A stretch of DNA of 64,000 nucleotides from Candidatus Bathyarchaeia archaeon (GTDB lineage: Archaea; Thermoproteota; Bathyarchaeia; Bathyarchaeales; Bathycorpusculaceae): the NCBI GenBank assembly GCA_038883655.1, contig JAVZLQ010000001.1:64001-128000 (forward strand). Direction: 5' to 3'. Within the stretch, counting starts at the first letter, position 1. Every line of letters starts with the position of its first letter. Positions 41,669 to 51,182 of this stretch are shown here, in pieces. Both the position numbers and the translations under genes were made by a program. Under the pieces are notes generated by a model. The model was given only the letters and a program-made list of their open reading frames with translations. It ran no database searches and was not told the DNA's origin.

Positions 41669-42079
41669 TTACTTGATTAAACTCTTGTGCCATTCCACTG
41701 CCTTGTTGAAGTCCATTATGTTTGCCAGTTCAGCCTGAAGATTGGATGGCTTTACAAGCAGTAGCCAACCCTTCCCATACGGGTCTTCATTCAAAATTTC
41801 TGGTTTTGACTGGACTTCAGTGTTGACTTCTAAGACTGTTCCGCTTATTGGCGCGACGAGGTCTGAAACCGCTTTAACGGACTCAACTGTTCCGTAGGGC
41901 TCGTTTTGTTTTATTGTTGTCCCTGGACTTGGGAGTTCTGCGTAGACGATTTCGCGGAGTTGTTTTTGTGCATAGTCTGTTATACCGATGCGCACGTTTT
42001 CTCCTTCGATTTTTGCCCACTCAAAATCCTTCGTGTAGTAGAGGCCTTCTGGCACCTCGTATCCGTCAACCTTCACCAT
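41669..42079 (-). CDS. gcvH: Glycine cleavage system H protein (lipoyl carrier)
   Basis: GITDYAQ, VESVKAVSD with the lipoyl-Lys, and NEDPYGKGW. Confidence 0.93.
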   Translation of the reverse strand: MVKVDGYEVPEGLYYTKDFEWAKIEGENVRIGITDYAQKQLREIVYAELPSPGTTIKQNEPYGTVESVKAVSDLVAPISGTVLEVNTEVQSKPEILNEDPYGKGWLLLVKPSNLQAELANIMDFNKAVEWHKSLIK

Positions 42080-42196
42080 GTTGTTTTCACCTCTTAATTA
42101 GTTGTTATTCTTTTGCGTTTCAACCATTAAAAATTAACTGTTATCTTGCGCTATTGTTAAGTCAAAATAGGTGTTAGAAACGTCAGCCTTGCAGTT

Positions 42197-43276
42197 TCAT
42201 CTGCCCCTTTTTCCGCTTATGTACTCTTCAACCCACACCTTTGCCTCTGGGTCTGGCACTTGAATTGGCGGATGTTTGAAGGCGTATGATGATATACTTA
42301 TTAGTGGTCCCGCGATTTTGCGGTCCAAAGCCAACTTCACAGCTCTTATCACGTCGATTACGACACCAGCGCTGTTCGGCGAATCCTCAACTTCAAGCTT
42401 AACAGATATTGTTAATGGTCTGTCACCAAACTTTCTACCCTTAAGCCATATGTAACATATCTTCTTGTTCCCTAGGAAAGGCACGTAGTCTGATGGTCCT
42501 ATTCGCGTTGGCAAGTCGTATGGCACGAGGCTTTTTACAGCTTCTGTTTTGCTTATGCGCTTTGTTTTTAGGCGTTCCTCGACGGTCATGTTTAGGAAGT
42601 CTGTGTCACCTCCAAGGTTAAGCTGGTAGGTTTCGTCAACTATTACGCCTCTGTCAACGCAAAGCCTAACAAGGTTCCTGTGCAGTATAGTCGCGCCCAA
42701 CTGGCTTTTTATGTCGTCTCCAGCAACTGGCAACCCTTTCTCCTCGAATTTTTTGCTCCACGCTGGGTCTGAGGCTATAAATTCTGGCATGCAGTTTATG
42801 AAGGCGCATCCAGCATCTAACGCCGCTTGGGCATAAAAACGTGTGGCATTCCAGCTTCCAACAGGCAAATAGTTGACTAAGACTTCTGCTTTAGCTTCTT
42901 TCAAAACTTTTATGACATCGTCCTTTCGGGTTTGGCTGTCATTGTAAACGTTGAAAGGCGCTTTCATGTGTTCAGCTACGCCGTCCAATATTGGTCCAGG
43001 CGAAACCTTCACGCCTAAATGCGGAACTTCTGCAAACTTTGCCACACAGTTTGGTTCAGTGAATATTGCTTCAGAAAGGTCTTTTCCAATTTTGTTCTTG
43101 TTCACGTCAAACGCCGCGACGAATTTCACGTCTCTTACGTGGTATCCTCCAAAGTTAACGTGCATAAGTCCTGGAACAGCCTCGTCTTCCTTCGCGTTCT
43201 TGTAGTATTCTATTCCTTGAATTAGAGCTGAGGCGCTGTTGCCAACGCCTACTATTGCGACGCGGATTTCTGGCAA
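42197..43276 (-). CDS. ino1: myo-inositol-1-phosphate synthase
   Basis: GVGNSAS, NYLPVGS, GDDIKSQ.GAT, QLNLGGDTDF, SKT, GPSDY and EDSPNSAG. Confidence 0.93.
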   Translation of the reverse strand: MPEIRVAIVGVGNSASALIQGIEYYKNAKEDEAVPGLMHVNFGGYHVRDVKFVAAFDVNKNKIGKDLSEAIFTEPNCVAKFAEVPHLGVKVSPGPILDGVAEHMKAPFNVYNDSQTRKDDVIKVLKEAKAEVLVNYLPVGSWNATRFYAQAALDAGCAFINCMPEFIASDPAWSKKFEEKGLPVAGDDIKSQLGATILHRNLVRLCVDRGVIVDETYQLNLGGDTDFLNMTVEERLKTKRISKTEAVKSLVPYDLPTRIGPSDYVPFLGNKKICYIWLKGRKFGDRPLTISVKLEVEDSPNSAGVVIDVIRAVKLALDRKIAGPLISISSYAFKHPPIQVPDPEAKVWVEEYISGKRGR

Positions 43277-43416
43277 ATATAACACTCTCTTTTGAAGGCG
43301 TTTTGTCAATGGTTTAGGTTTGAGCAGCTCTTAACTTTTTCTAGGGCATAGCAAAATTAAAAGGGAACATTAAACGAGAAGAGCTCAGAGAAGACCCGTT
43401 TAGGAATGGTGTTTGC

Positions 43417-43785
43417 ATGAGCGAAGGTGACGTGAAAATAAAATTTGAGCCTTTCAAGGAAATCGTGATTATGGAACGCAACTTTTTCGCAACTCCAGAT
43501 GACATGGCAAGGTTTGTATCCGTAATTGCTGGTGGCAAACCCGCTGGGCTATACTGGGCTGAAGGCGTGGTTTTCCTCTATTTCCCGCTTCCAGCATCAA
43601 CAGAAGCCTCTGCAAAAGCGCTCATCGAAGAGAATAGGGTTTACTGGACCTTCGTCGGTTATGCGCTTATGCCAAAGTACCAGCAGACGATAGAGACGAG
43701 AGAAAAAATAATCGTCCCGGTTATTGACATGTCCTCTAACCCCATGTTCAGAAAGGTTGCAAATTGGCTGAAAGAACAAAAATAA
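43417..43785 (+). CDS. Conserved archaeal hypothetical protein
   Basis: 122-aa ORF (PFKEIVI...LYWAEGV...VPVID) that overlaps ribK. Confidence 0.7.
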   Translation: MSEGDVKIKFEPFKEIVIMERNFFATPDDMARFVSVIAGGKPAGLYWAEGVVFLYFPLPASTEASAKALIEENRVYWTFVGYALMPKYQQTIETREKIIVPVIDMSSNPMFRKVANWLKEQK

Positions 43786-44183
43786 ACGCAATACAAGTTG
43801 AAGGCAAAGTTTTCTCTGGAAGTGGTGAAGGCGCAAAATTCGTTAGCCTTCCATGGGTGAAAAGGCAGATAGCCGAAAAGCTAGGGTTCATTCCCTACAA
43901 CGGAACATTAAACATAAGGCTGAACGAGGATGGTGTAGCCCTTAAAAGGCATATCTTGGACAAAGCAGAGGCCATAAAAATAATTCCACAAGAAGGGTTC
44001 TGCCACGGAAAACTCTTCAAAGCAGTTTTTATGGACAAACTGGAATGCGCAATAGTCATACCAGAAGTTAACGGCTACCCAAGGAACGTAATCGAAATAG
44101 TTGCTCCCATAAACTTAAGAGAAAGATTCAAGTTAAAAGATGGTGACACTGTTAAAGTAAAAATTTTAACTTGCCACTTTTAG
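43764..44183 (+). CDS. ribK: CTP-dependent riboflavin kinase
   Basis: GKVFSGSGEG, LGFIPYNGTLN and EIVAP.NLR..FKLKDGD. Confidence 0.9.
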   Translation: MAERTKINAIQVEGKVFSGSGEGAKFVSLPWVKRQIAEKLGFIPYNGTLNIRLNEDGVALKRHILDKAEAIKIIPQEGFCHGKLFKAVFMDKLECAIVIPEVNGYPRNVIEIVAPINLRERFKLKDGDTVKVKILTCHF

Positions 44184-44256
44184 GCGCCATTTTTGCAGCA
44201 AAATCTAGAGGGGCTAGTCAATTTTGCGTGTTGCACAGCCAAAAACTGACAATTTC

Positions 44257-45762
44257 CTAAACGGACTTTTCCTCACGCTTGTCTTTTAGAAAGTTTCTTA
44301 TGTACTCTTCTAGACAGTTGTTCTTTTTCAAGTACAAGCCATATTTAACAAGCGCGTTCATCGCCCTTGCGGCGTCTTCTGGTGAGGAGTATGCGGGTAT
44401 CCCAAGTTTATCAAATCTAAAGCGCGTGTGCAGTGCCATTTCAGTTTCACCTATGTCACATGCAACAATGGGCTTCTCGTATCTAGTGGCAACTTTCGCC
44501 ACTCTGTCAACGTAATCCTCTTGTAAAGCTGGCGTGTGATGCAGGCCAAGCAGTATTATGCCGTGAATCTGTGGGTCTTGAAAGAGTATTTCAGTCGCCA
44601 ACTCGAACATCTCGGAAGTGACAGAGCCCGTCAAATCCACTGGGTTGAGGTTTGTTGCGAATCTTGGAATTTTTTCATCAGCCTTTAACTTTTCAAACTT
44701 TTGGATGGTCTCTTCGGAAAAACGTTTCACAGACAAGCCCAAAAGCTCACATTCATCAACAGCCATTATTCCTGGACCACCAGCATCCGTAATAACGCCA
44801 ACATTTTTTCCGGCGGCTGGAGGCTGCATTGCCAAGGCTTTTCCAACATCAAAAAATTCCTCCATGTCCTTCGTCCTTAAAATCCCAGTTTGGGCAAAGG
44901 CTGCATTATAGATGTTGTCAGAACCAGCAATTGCCCCAGTATGCGATGCTGCAGCCCGTGCTCCAGCTTCGGTTCTTCCAGCCTTAAGAGCCGCAATAGG
45001 CTTTTTCTTTGTTACTTTCCTTGCAGTTTCGATGAATCTCCTTCCGGACTTTATGTCCTCGACATAAAGCAATATCACTTTCGTCTCCTTATCATACAGC
45101 AGGTAATTGAGCATCTCAGCCTCATCAACGTCGCGTTTGTTCCCAAAACTTATGAATTTGCTTAGACCAATTTGCCTCCCAGTTAAATAGTCTATTGCCG
45201 CAACGCCGAACGCCCCACTTTGTGTAACTATTGCAATGTTTCCAGGCATGGGACGCGGTGTGGCGATAACCTCCTCTCCAGTTGTTAACACCTTTGTTTC
45301 TGGAAGGAAAAGCATGTCAACACCAGTCTTTGGATCGTAAACTCCTAAGCAGTTTGGACCTAAAACGCGTATTCCAGCCTTTTTGGCTATACCTATAACC
45401 TCTTCCTCAAGTTCGCGATTTCCAATTTCAGCGAAACCAGAACTTATTATGACAACAGCTTTAACTCCTTTCGAGGCGGACTCCTCCATTATTTGCGGCA
45501 CAAGATGCGCGGGAACAACAATAACAACGAGGTCCAAATTTTTAGGAATATCCAGAACTGACGGGTAACATTGAAATCCTAGAATGGAGTCTTCGTGGGG
45601 GTTGACTGGAAAAATCTCTCCTTTAAAAACGCCTCTTTTCTTGTTTTCCACAAAATTTTTGAAGATTACGTGTCCAGCCTTGTTAATCCTCTTTGTGGCG
45701 CCCACCACAGCAACAGAGCCTGGATTAAAAAAGGCGTCTAACAATCTTATCGCTTTTTCCAC
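44257..45762 (-). CDS. acdA: ADP-forming acyl-CoA synthetase, alpha subunit
   Basis: VAVVGA, PVNP, SSGFAE, GPNCLG, QSGA, GNK.D, KAGRT...AASHTG (phospho-His) and NPVD. Confidence 0.9.
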   Translation of the reverse strand: MEKAIRLLDAFFNPGSVAVVGATKRINKAGHVIFKNFVENKKRGVFKGEIFPVNPHEDSILGFQCYPSVLDIPKNLDLVVIVVPAHLVPQIMEESASKGVKAVVIISSGFAEIGNRELEEEVIGIAKKAGIRVLGPNCLGVYDPKTGVDMLFLPETKVLTTGEEVIATPRPMPGNIAIVTQSGAFGVAAIDYLTGRQIGLSKFISFGNKRDVDEAEMLNYLLYDKETKVILLYVEDIKSGRRFIETARKVTKKKPIAALKAGRTEAGARAAASHTGAIAGSDNIYNAAFAQTGILRTKDMEEFFDVGKALAMQPPAAGKNVGVITDAGGPGIMAVDECELLGLSVKRFSEETIQKFEKLKADEKIPRFATNLNPVDLTGSVTSEMFELATEILFQDPQIHGIILLGLHHTPALQEDYVDRVAKVATRYEKPIVACDIGETEMALHTRFRFDKLGIPAYSSPEDAARAMNALVKYGLYLKKNNCLEEYIRNFLKDKREEKSV

Positions 45763-45768
45763 GCGTGT

Positions 45769-46608
45769 TCACCTTTTGCCTTTAACAACCACTATGGGTT
45801 TATGCTTTACTGTGTCAAGCATCTCCCAACTAACTTCAGTCAAACCAACCCTAAACCTTCTAGCCATCTCCCAAACAGTCGAACCAGCACCAAACCCCCT
45901 CGCGCGGTTCGCCAACTCGGCAATGTCTAAAGCTAACTCGACTGGTATTCTCCGTCCAGCCACAGCCACTGGAGTTGCTCTCCTTTTCAGTTTAAGAACT
46001 CTTCCAACGATGTAGGCGACAAAGCTAAAACAGTGTATGTCCCTAACAGTTTTTCGTCGATGCGTAAAATGAAAGTTTCCTATGGAAAACGTCTTGTCGG
46101 TATCTACAATAATAACCGAAACATCCTTGTGCAGTCTCAAGCGTATTTGCTCTCTGATTTCGCTTGCTATTCTGTCCGCATTTTCAAGAGGCAAACTCAC
46201 ATACGAATAGGCTAAGTTGCTCCCATCTATGCCCCCTTCAGAACCAAACATCAACGACTGCAAAAAACCAACATTCTGCAGCGCAACTTGTTTATGGCGG
46301 CTTCCCTCCTCGAATGGATATTCGCGAATATTTCTGAGCAATCCTTTCCGGAACTTACATATTGGACCTAAAACGTAACCCCATACCACGCGCATCCAAA
46401 ACCACGCAATTATTTTCGCTGTTAGGCTTGGCTTAACTTTGCCCTCATCAACAATGTTGTTTGAGGCTGTGGATATCGCCTTTTCGGATATTACAACAAA
46501 ATCTCCGTTATCTAATTTCCCATTAATGCTTCTGACGATTTCCTCCACATAGTTTGTTCCGGGTCTCCAGTAACGCGTTATAATCGCAAAAGCCTTGTAG
46601 TTCGGCAT
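45769..46608 (-). CDS. CofE-like gamma-glutamyl ligase family protein
   Basis: DFVVISEKAIS, GGIDGSN, LPLENAD, VIIVDTD and C-terminal PIVVV. Confidence 0.7.
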   Translation of the reverse strand: MPNYKAFAIITRYWRPGTNYVEEIVRSINGKLDNGDFVVISEKAISTASNNIVDEGKVKPSLTAKIIAWFWMRVVWGYVLGPICKFRKGLLRNIREYPFEEGSRHKQVALQNVGFLQSLMFGSEGGIDGSNLAYSYVSLPLENADRIASEIREQIRLRLHKDVSVIIVDTDKTFSIGNFHFTHRRKTVRDIHCFSFVAYIVGRVLKLKRRATPVAVAGRRIPVELALDIAELANRARGFGAGSTVWEMARRFRVGLTEVSWEMLDTVKHKPIVVVKGKR

Positions 46609-46628
46609 TTAAACCGCTGGCTTAAAGC

Positions 46629-47327
46629 CTATAGGCTTCTGAACTGCTCCTTTATCTCTTCAATGTTGCATTCTGGCGGTTTCATTTTTCCTTCTGGACA
46701 GTAGCCCAACTCAACACATGTAGGTCCAGCATTCTCAAAAAGCGCCGGCGCCACCTTTCGTACTTGTTTCAGCATTTCAATAGCTACTTCCCTTATTTCC
46801 CATTGTGCACGGTTGCAGCAGCGCAAGTTAAAAAAGTGACGTAGTTCCCGCGCATTCATTGTTACAATTATGTTCGTTTTTGCGGCGTTTGGAAGAATAA
46901 ACCTTGCATCTTCCTTTGGAATGCCCATATCCAAAAGTTTCTTGTAAGCATCAGAAATCTTCTCCAAAGTTTCATCAAAAACCTTTTTTGCTTCGGCGTT
47001 TTCTGCAATGTTTGGCGGTGTAACAAACTTTTCAAGCGTGTCATAAGCCACGTAACGTTGGCTTTGCTGCGTGTAAGAAGCAATGCGGTGCCTAACAAGC
47101 TGGTGTGTCATAGCCCTTGAAACGCCCTCAATGCTAAATGTGAAGGAAGCATGTTCTATAACCGACATGTGCCCGTAACCCGTAACCCTTTCGATTATTC
47201 GTTTAGCAGTCTTCAAATCCATCTTCTCAAAAATTTCAGAAGGGCTTCCGCTTCTCGTCGATGTCAGGGCAGCGGCTCCACATAGAAGTTCCGCATCCAT
47301 CGTGTAGCGGAGAAGTTTAACCTTCAA
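46629..47327 (-). CDS. thyX: FAD-dependent thymidylate synthase
   Basis: GHMSVIEH, QLVRHRIASYTQQSQRY (RHRx7S), EDARFILP and LR...AQWEIR. Confidence 0.96.
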   Translation of the reverse strand: MKVKLLRYTMDAELLCGAAALTSTRSGSPSEIFEKMDLKTAKRIIERVTGYGHMSVIEHASFTFSIEGVSRAMTHQLVRHRIASYTQQSQRYVAYDTLEKFVTPPNIAENAEAKKVFDETLEKISDAYKKLLDMGIPKEDARFILPNAAKTNIIVTMNARELRHFFNLRCCNRAQWEIREVAIEMLKQVRKVAPALFENAGPTCVELGYCPEGKMKPPECNIEEIKEQFRSL

Positions 47328-47398
47328 ACCTTGCGCCTCACCACTCTTTTAACGGAAGGTAATAAATTTGCTTTGTGTAAAAGGGTTTTGGGAAAAGC

Positions 47399-48028
47399 TT
47401 GCCAAGAATAAAACGCGCCATTGACTATATAGAGGCTTTGTGCTCAAGTAAAGAAAAAGCAAAAAGCATACTCGGCGAAGAATTGAAGCAGCATTATGAT
47501 AAGTGGTCGAAATCCCTCAATTTACAAGATTTTCTGCTTTTCCTTGAAATAATAAAGGAGAATAAAGGCAAGATTGGTGTTCCACAGTTTTTCGGCAAAT
47601 TCCGTGCATACGCATTTGAGGAATACATTTATAGATTGATAAGTGCGAGAGCCAACATGCCAAAAAATCTCCAAACGTTTTGGGGCGAAAAATGCATAGT
47701 TTGGCGTGAAGGCAAAAGCGAATATGCCATGGAGTTCGACGTTTCCATAGGTGAGAAACTAAACGATTTTGTCGAGCCGAAAATGGTTTTTGAAGCGAAA
47801 GTCGAGTTGGATGCCGCACGCCTAAAAACGGCATTAGCTTCATTTGCAATCTTGAAACGATACAATCCAAAGGCAATGTGCATACTACTGTATCTAATTA
47901 GAGATTTTGACACAACCTTACTTAGACTTGCTGAACAATGGACTGATGGCATTTTTCAATTTAAAACAGATAACAAAGCATTAAACAACATAATCAATTT
48001 TGTAAATAAACGCCTAGGTAAATGCTAA
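47399..48028 (+). CDS. Hypothetical PD-(D/E)xK nuclease-fold protein
   Basis: AFEEYI...EFDVSIG...VFEAK arrangement. AT-rich and opposite in strand to both neighbours. Confidence 0.55.
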   Translation: MPRIKRAIDYIEALCSSKEKAKSILGEELKQHYDKWSKSLNLQDFLLFLEIIKENKGKIGVPQFFGKFRAYAFEEYIYRLISARANMPKNLQTFWGEKCIVWREGKSEYAMEFDVSIGEKLNDFVEPKMVFEAKVELDAARLKTALASFAILKRYNPKAMCILLYLIRDFDTTLLRLAEQWTDGIFQFKTDNKALNNIINFVNKRLGKC

Positions 48029-49059
48029 ATATGCGCGTAAATGCGGTCGCTTGTGTATCTGCCACTTTCCATCTCTGTCTCAATTTCCCGCAGAAGCAAT
48101 ATCCGCTTGAAGGTTGGCGGGTGCGTTGCAAACCAAGTATTTATTTTCACCCAAGCGGACTTCGCTTCTTTCTCCATGGCAAGTTCCAATTCTCTCTCGT
48201 CGAGAACACCATCCTTGTCCAAGTCATACTCTTGCTTTTTCTCAATTATCATTTGCACCTCTTGCTTAGCCATCGCTGGGTCGCCAATATAAAACGCTCT
48301 TGCGCCAGATGGAGGTTTAGGTGAAAGCGACAAGCCGTAAGTGATTTTTGCCAATGCGCTTTGAAGGCTTCTTGGAGAGCCAGTAACGTAAGCGGAATAA
48401 GCGTCTGCGTAGTGCTCTCTAAGTCTGCTTAGGCGCATAACACAGAAAAGCGAAACTATGTAAACTATGTATGAGATTATGGCTACCGCGAAGAAAGCGG
48501 CTTTTATGCTTCCCTCCTCCTTCTTTCTGGACGAACCAGCGTGTCTTGCAACTTCCCAGGTCCCCCTTGCAATTAAATAAGCCAAAAGCGGCAGCGCCGA
48601 AAGAACAGTCATAACCACGTAATCCTTATGCTTAATGTGCCCCAACTCGTGTCCAATAACGCCCCTAATCTCATCCTTGTTAAGTTTCTTTAAAAGTCCC
48701 TCATGGACAGCTAACGTTGTATTCTTGGCGGTTCTCCCAAAAACAAAGGCATTAGGCGTATCATCCGGAACCATAGCCAAGCGCGGCGTCGGAATTCCAC
48801 TTTTATCCGCCAACTCTTTAACGGTTGATTCAAGCCAGGGGTTCTCGCCAGGCTCCAAATAGCGAAGCCTCGTTGAACTCTCAACAACCGCTGGACCTAT
48901 AAGGTATTGGAAAAGTATGAATAGGGCTGTGCCCACTATTGCCCATTCCAACGGGAAACTGAAAGCAATCATGATTACCGACAGGAACAACGCAAATATA
49001 AAAGCCACTAAGAAAATGGATGTTCCCATGGCAAAGCGAAGTTCGGCAAGTCTAGCCAT
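48025..49059 (-). CDS. htpX: Zinc metalloprotease HtpX (M48)
   Basis: PNAFVFG, HELGH, SRLREHYAD, ATHPP...RI and TM segments. Confidence 0.92.
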   Translation of the reverse strand: MARLAELRFAMGTSIFLVAFIFALFLSVIMIAFSFPLEWAIVGTALFILFQYLIGPAVVESSTRLRYLEPGENPWLESTVKELADKSGIPTPRLAMVPDDTPNAFVFGRTAKNTTLAVHEGLLKKLNKDEIRGVIGHELGHIKHKDYVVMTVLSALPLLAYLIARGTWEVARHAGSSRKKEEGSIKAAFFAVAIISYIVYIVSLFCVMRLSRLREHYADAYSAYVTGSPRSLQSALAKITYGLSLSPKPPSGARAFYIGDPAMAKQEVQMIIEKKQEYDLDKDGVLDERELELAMEKEAKSAWVKINTWFATHPPTFKRILLLREIETEMESGRYTSDRIYAHI

Positions 49060-49185
49060 TAGCGTTTCTCCAGAAAATCACATGACAAAGCATGGCGAAT
49101 TAAAGCTTTCTTTAACTAACAGTAAAATTTGCATCTTACATTTTCGATATTTCTTTCTTTCCCAGCGGCAACAGCTCTCGTTACA

Positions 49186-49959
49186 TTATGTTTTTCCAAA
49201 AAACTCTGTGAAATTTTTTACTATTTGCTCTGCAACTTCTTCAACGCTTAACCCTTTTATTTTCGCTACCGCCTCAACTACCACTGGTACGAACGCGGGA
49301 GTCGTTTTCTCACCGTTAAACGGCTGCTTAAAGTACCTCACTGGGCCATCAGTTTCCGTCAGCAAGTTCGTTAATGGCGTTCGCCTTACAACCTCTTTGA
49401 TGCCGTTGGAGTATACCGTTGGCGGTCCTTCTGTAATGTAATATCCGTTTTCTATGGCTTTTGCCAGTGCGCTTATTGGGTTGCTGAACCAGTGGAGAAG
49501 CACTTTCTTGAGGCGGTACGAGGGAAGCATATCAACAATATATGCTGTTGTGCCGCGCGAGTGAATTATAACTGGCAAGTCAAGCCTTTCAGCTAAGCGT
49601 AACATTTCGTCAAAAACCTTTAACTGCTTAGCCCAAATCTTCTCATATTTTGCGTCTAGCCCCACTTCTCCAATAGCAACAACCGCTTGGTTTGTCCTTT
49701 GCCCAGAAATTAGCTTCACAACTTCTTGAAGTTCGTCATTTGTCAATGCTTGCACGTTCCACGGGTGTATCCCCAAAGCGGCGTAAACAAGTCCATCATA
49801 CTTTTTAGCGAGCTTTAGGCTATTTATGCTCGTCTTCAAATCCATAGAGTTTGAAACTAGGGCAACAACATTGGCTTTTTTCGCTTCACTTATAATTTCT
49901 TCTACGCAGTTGACATATTCCTCATCTGACAAGTGAATGTGGGCGTCAACAAACTTCAT
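49186..49959 (-). CDS. tatD: TatD family hydrolase
   Basis: DAHIH, GIHP, AIGEVGLD, IHSR, LHW and ETDGP. Confidence 0.92.
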   Translation of the reverse strand: MKFVDAHIHLSDEEYVNCVEEIISEAKKANVVALVSNSMDLKTSINSLKLAKKYDGLVYAALGIHPWNVQALTNDELQEVVKLISGQRTNQAVVAIGEVGLDAKYEKIWAKQLKVFDEMLRLAERLDLPVIIHSRGTTAYIVDMLPSYRLKKVLLHWFSNPISALAKAIENGYYITEGPPTVYSNGIKEVVRRTPLTNLLTETDGPVRYFKQPFNGEKTTPAFVPVVVEAVAKIKGLSVEEVAEQIVKNFTEFFGKT

Positions 49960-50024
49960 TAGGGCATCCTCTTAGATGCAAATTACGTTATTACATGCAC
50001 TTTTATAATTTATCCCATTTAACA

Positions 50025-50040
50025 AGAAAAGGTTAAATAT
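50025..50040 (+). promoter_or_regulatory. BRE/TATA promoter of the histone gene
   Basis: AGAAAAGG-TTAAATAT about 40 nt before ATG 50078. SD GGAGG at 50066-50070. Confidence 0.55.
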
Positions 50041-50077
50041 TGTTTTAAATAGAAAAAGAGGCTACGGAGGAGTCTTT

Positions 50078-50299
50078 ATGGCTGATTTGGAGTTAGCTGT
50101 TGCTCCTATGCATAGAATATGTAAAAAAGCTGGGGCAGACCGTGTTAGCGAAGCAGCAGCGAAAGAGCTTGCTAAAGCTTTGGAAGAGGTTGGCATTAAA
50201 ATTGCCAAAGAGGCGCTTGATTTTGCGATGCATGCTGGAAGAAAAACCATAAAGGCGGAAGACATTGAAATTGCAGCGAAAAAAGTCATGGGTAGGTAA
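50078..50299 (+). CDS. Archaeal histone (HMf family)
   Basis: [16 protein letters not shown]...[13 protein letters not shown] histone fold. Confidence 0.95.
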   Translation: MADLELAVAPMHRICKKAGADRVSEAAAKELAKALEEVGIKIAKEALDFAMHAGRKTIKAEDIEIAAKKVMGR

Positions 50300-50331
50300 A
50301 AGCTGTTTTCTCCAGCTTCCCCTTTCTTTTT
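50300..50331 (+). terminator. Short hairpin plus pyrimidine tract after the histone gene
   Basis: AAGCTG-ttttctc-CAGCTT followed by CCCCTTTCTTTTT, between convergent genes. Confidence 0.45.
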
Positions 50332-50346
50332 CGCAATTTGCCCCTT

Positions 50347-51099
50347 CTAAACTATTCGGGAAGAGTCCCACAAGAACTGAAAGTACTCTCTAGCAAAGCG
50401 AACAAGTCCAACATGGTTGCTCCATATTACTAAGCTTGGTTTATCCTCACCAAGAAAAAGCATAGCCTCTTTGCCATCAACAATTATGCCTCCGCCGAAC
50501 ATCTGGTCTCTAGCGCGCAAATCCACAAAACGCACTAGTTTCCTAATTTTATCGTCCACAATTTTTTCTGAAACCATAACCTTTACTTTAACATCGGCTT
50601 TCTTCAGCGCTTCTTGAAGAAACGTGGCTGAAGATGCAATCATGTTTTTTGCGAATTCTGGAATTGCAACCATTATTTCTCTGTTTGCTTTGTGCACTGT
50701 TTCTTCTAGTTTAGTCATTACAGCCTTCTGTCCATACAATATTAATATGTCTGGGCGTTCAACGAGCTCTTGCTGCTCATACAAGAGTTGTAGTTCACCA
50801 GCGATTTTTTGTTCCCAAAATTTGTATTTCTCCTCGAATTTGAGCTTAGCATTTGCTATCGCTTCAAGAGGAGCCACTGGATGATATTTTGTCGGTCGGG
50901 TTTCAACGCTTTTTATCCATCCCTTGTTCCTAAGCGAGTTTAAAACTTCGTAGATTTTTGAGTATGGAACTTTTGCTTTTCTGCTTATTTCCATGGCTGT
51001 CATTTGTCCACTTTCCAAAAGCGCTAGGTAAGTATCAACTTCGTATGTGTTCAGTCCCATCTCTCGTAGAATCCTTTTAGCTTCTTCGCTTACTGGCAA
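50347..51099 (-). CDS. TrmB family transcriptional regulator
   Basis: MGLNTYE..TY.ALL, VPYSKIYEVL.SL..KGWI, and a PLD-like effector domain (IIVDGKE...F..LW). Confidence 0.9.
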   Translation of the reverse strand: MPVSEEAKRILREMGLNTYEVDTYLALLESGQMTAMEISRKAKVPYSKIYEVLNSLRNKGWIKSVETRPTKYHPVAPLEAIANAKLKFEEKYKFWEQKIAGELQLLYEQQELVERPDILILYGQKAVMTKLEETVHKANREIMVAIPEFAKNMIASSATFLQEALKKADVKVKVMVSEKIVDDKIRKLVRFVDLRARDQMFGGGIIVDGKEAMLFLGEDKPSLVIWSNHVGLVRFAREYFQFLWDSSRIV

Positions 51100-51182
51100 A
51101 GCATTTCCCCTTAATCACCTTATGAAAAGTTTGGAAACCTTATTATATTCTACCCTTTTCTTACAAACTTTACAATTGGCTT

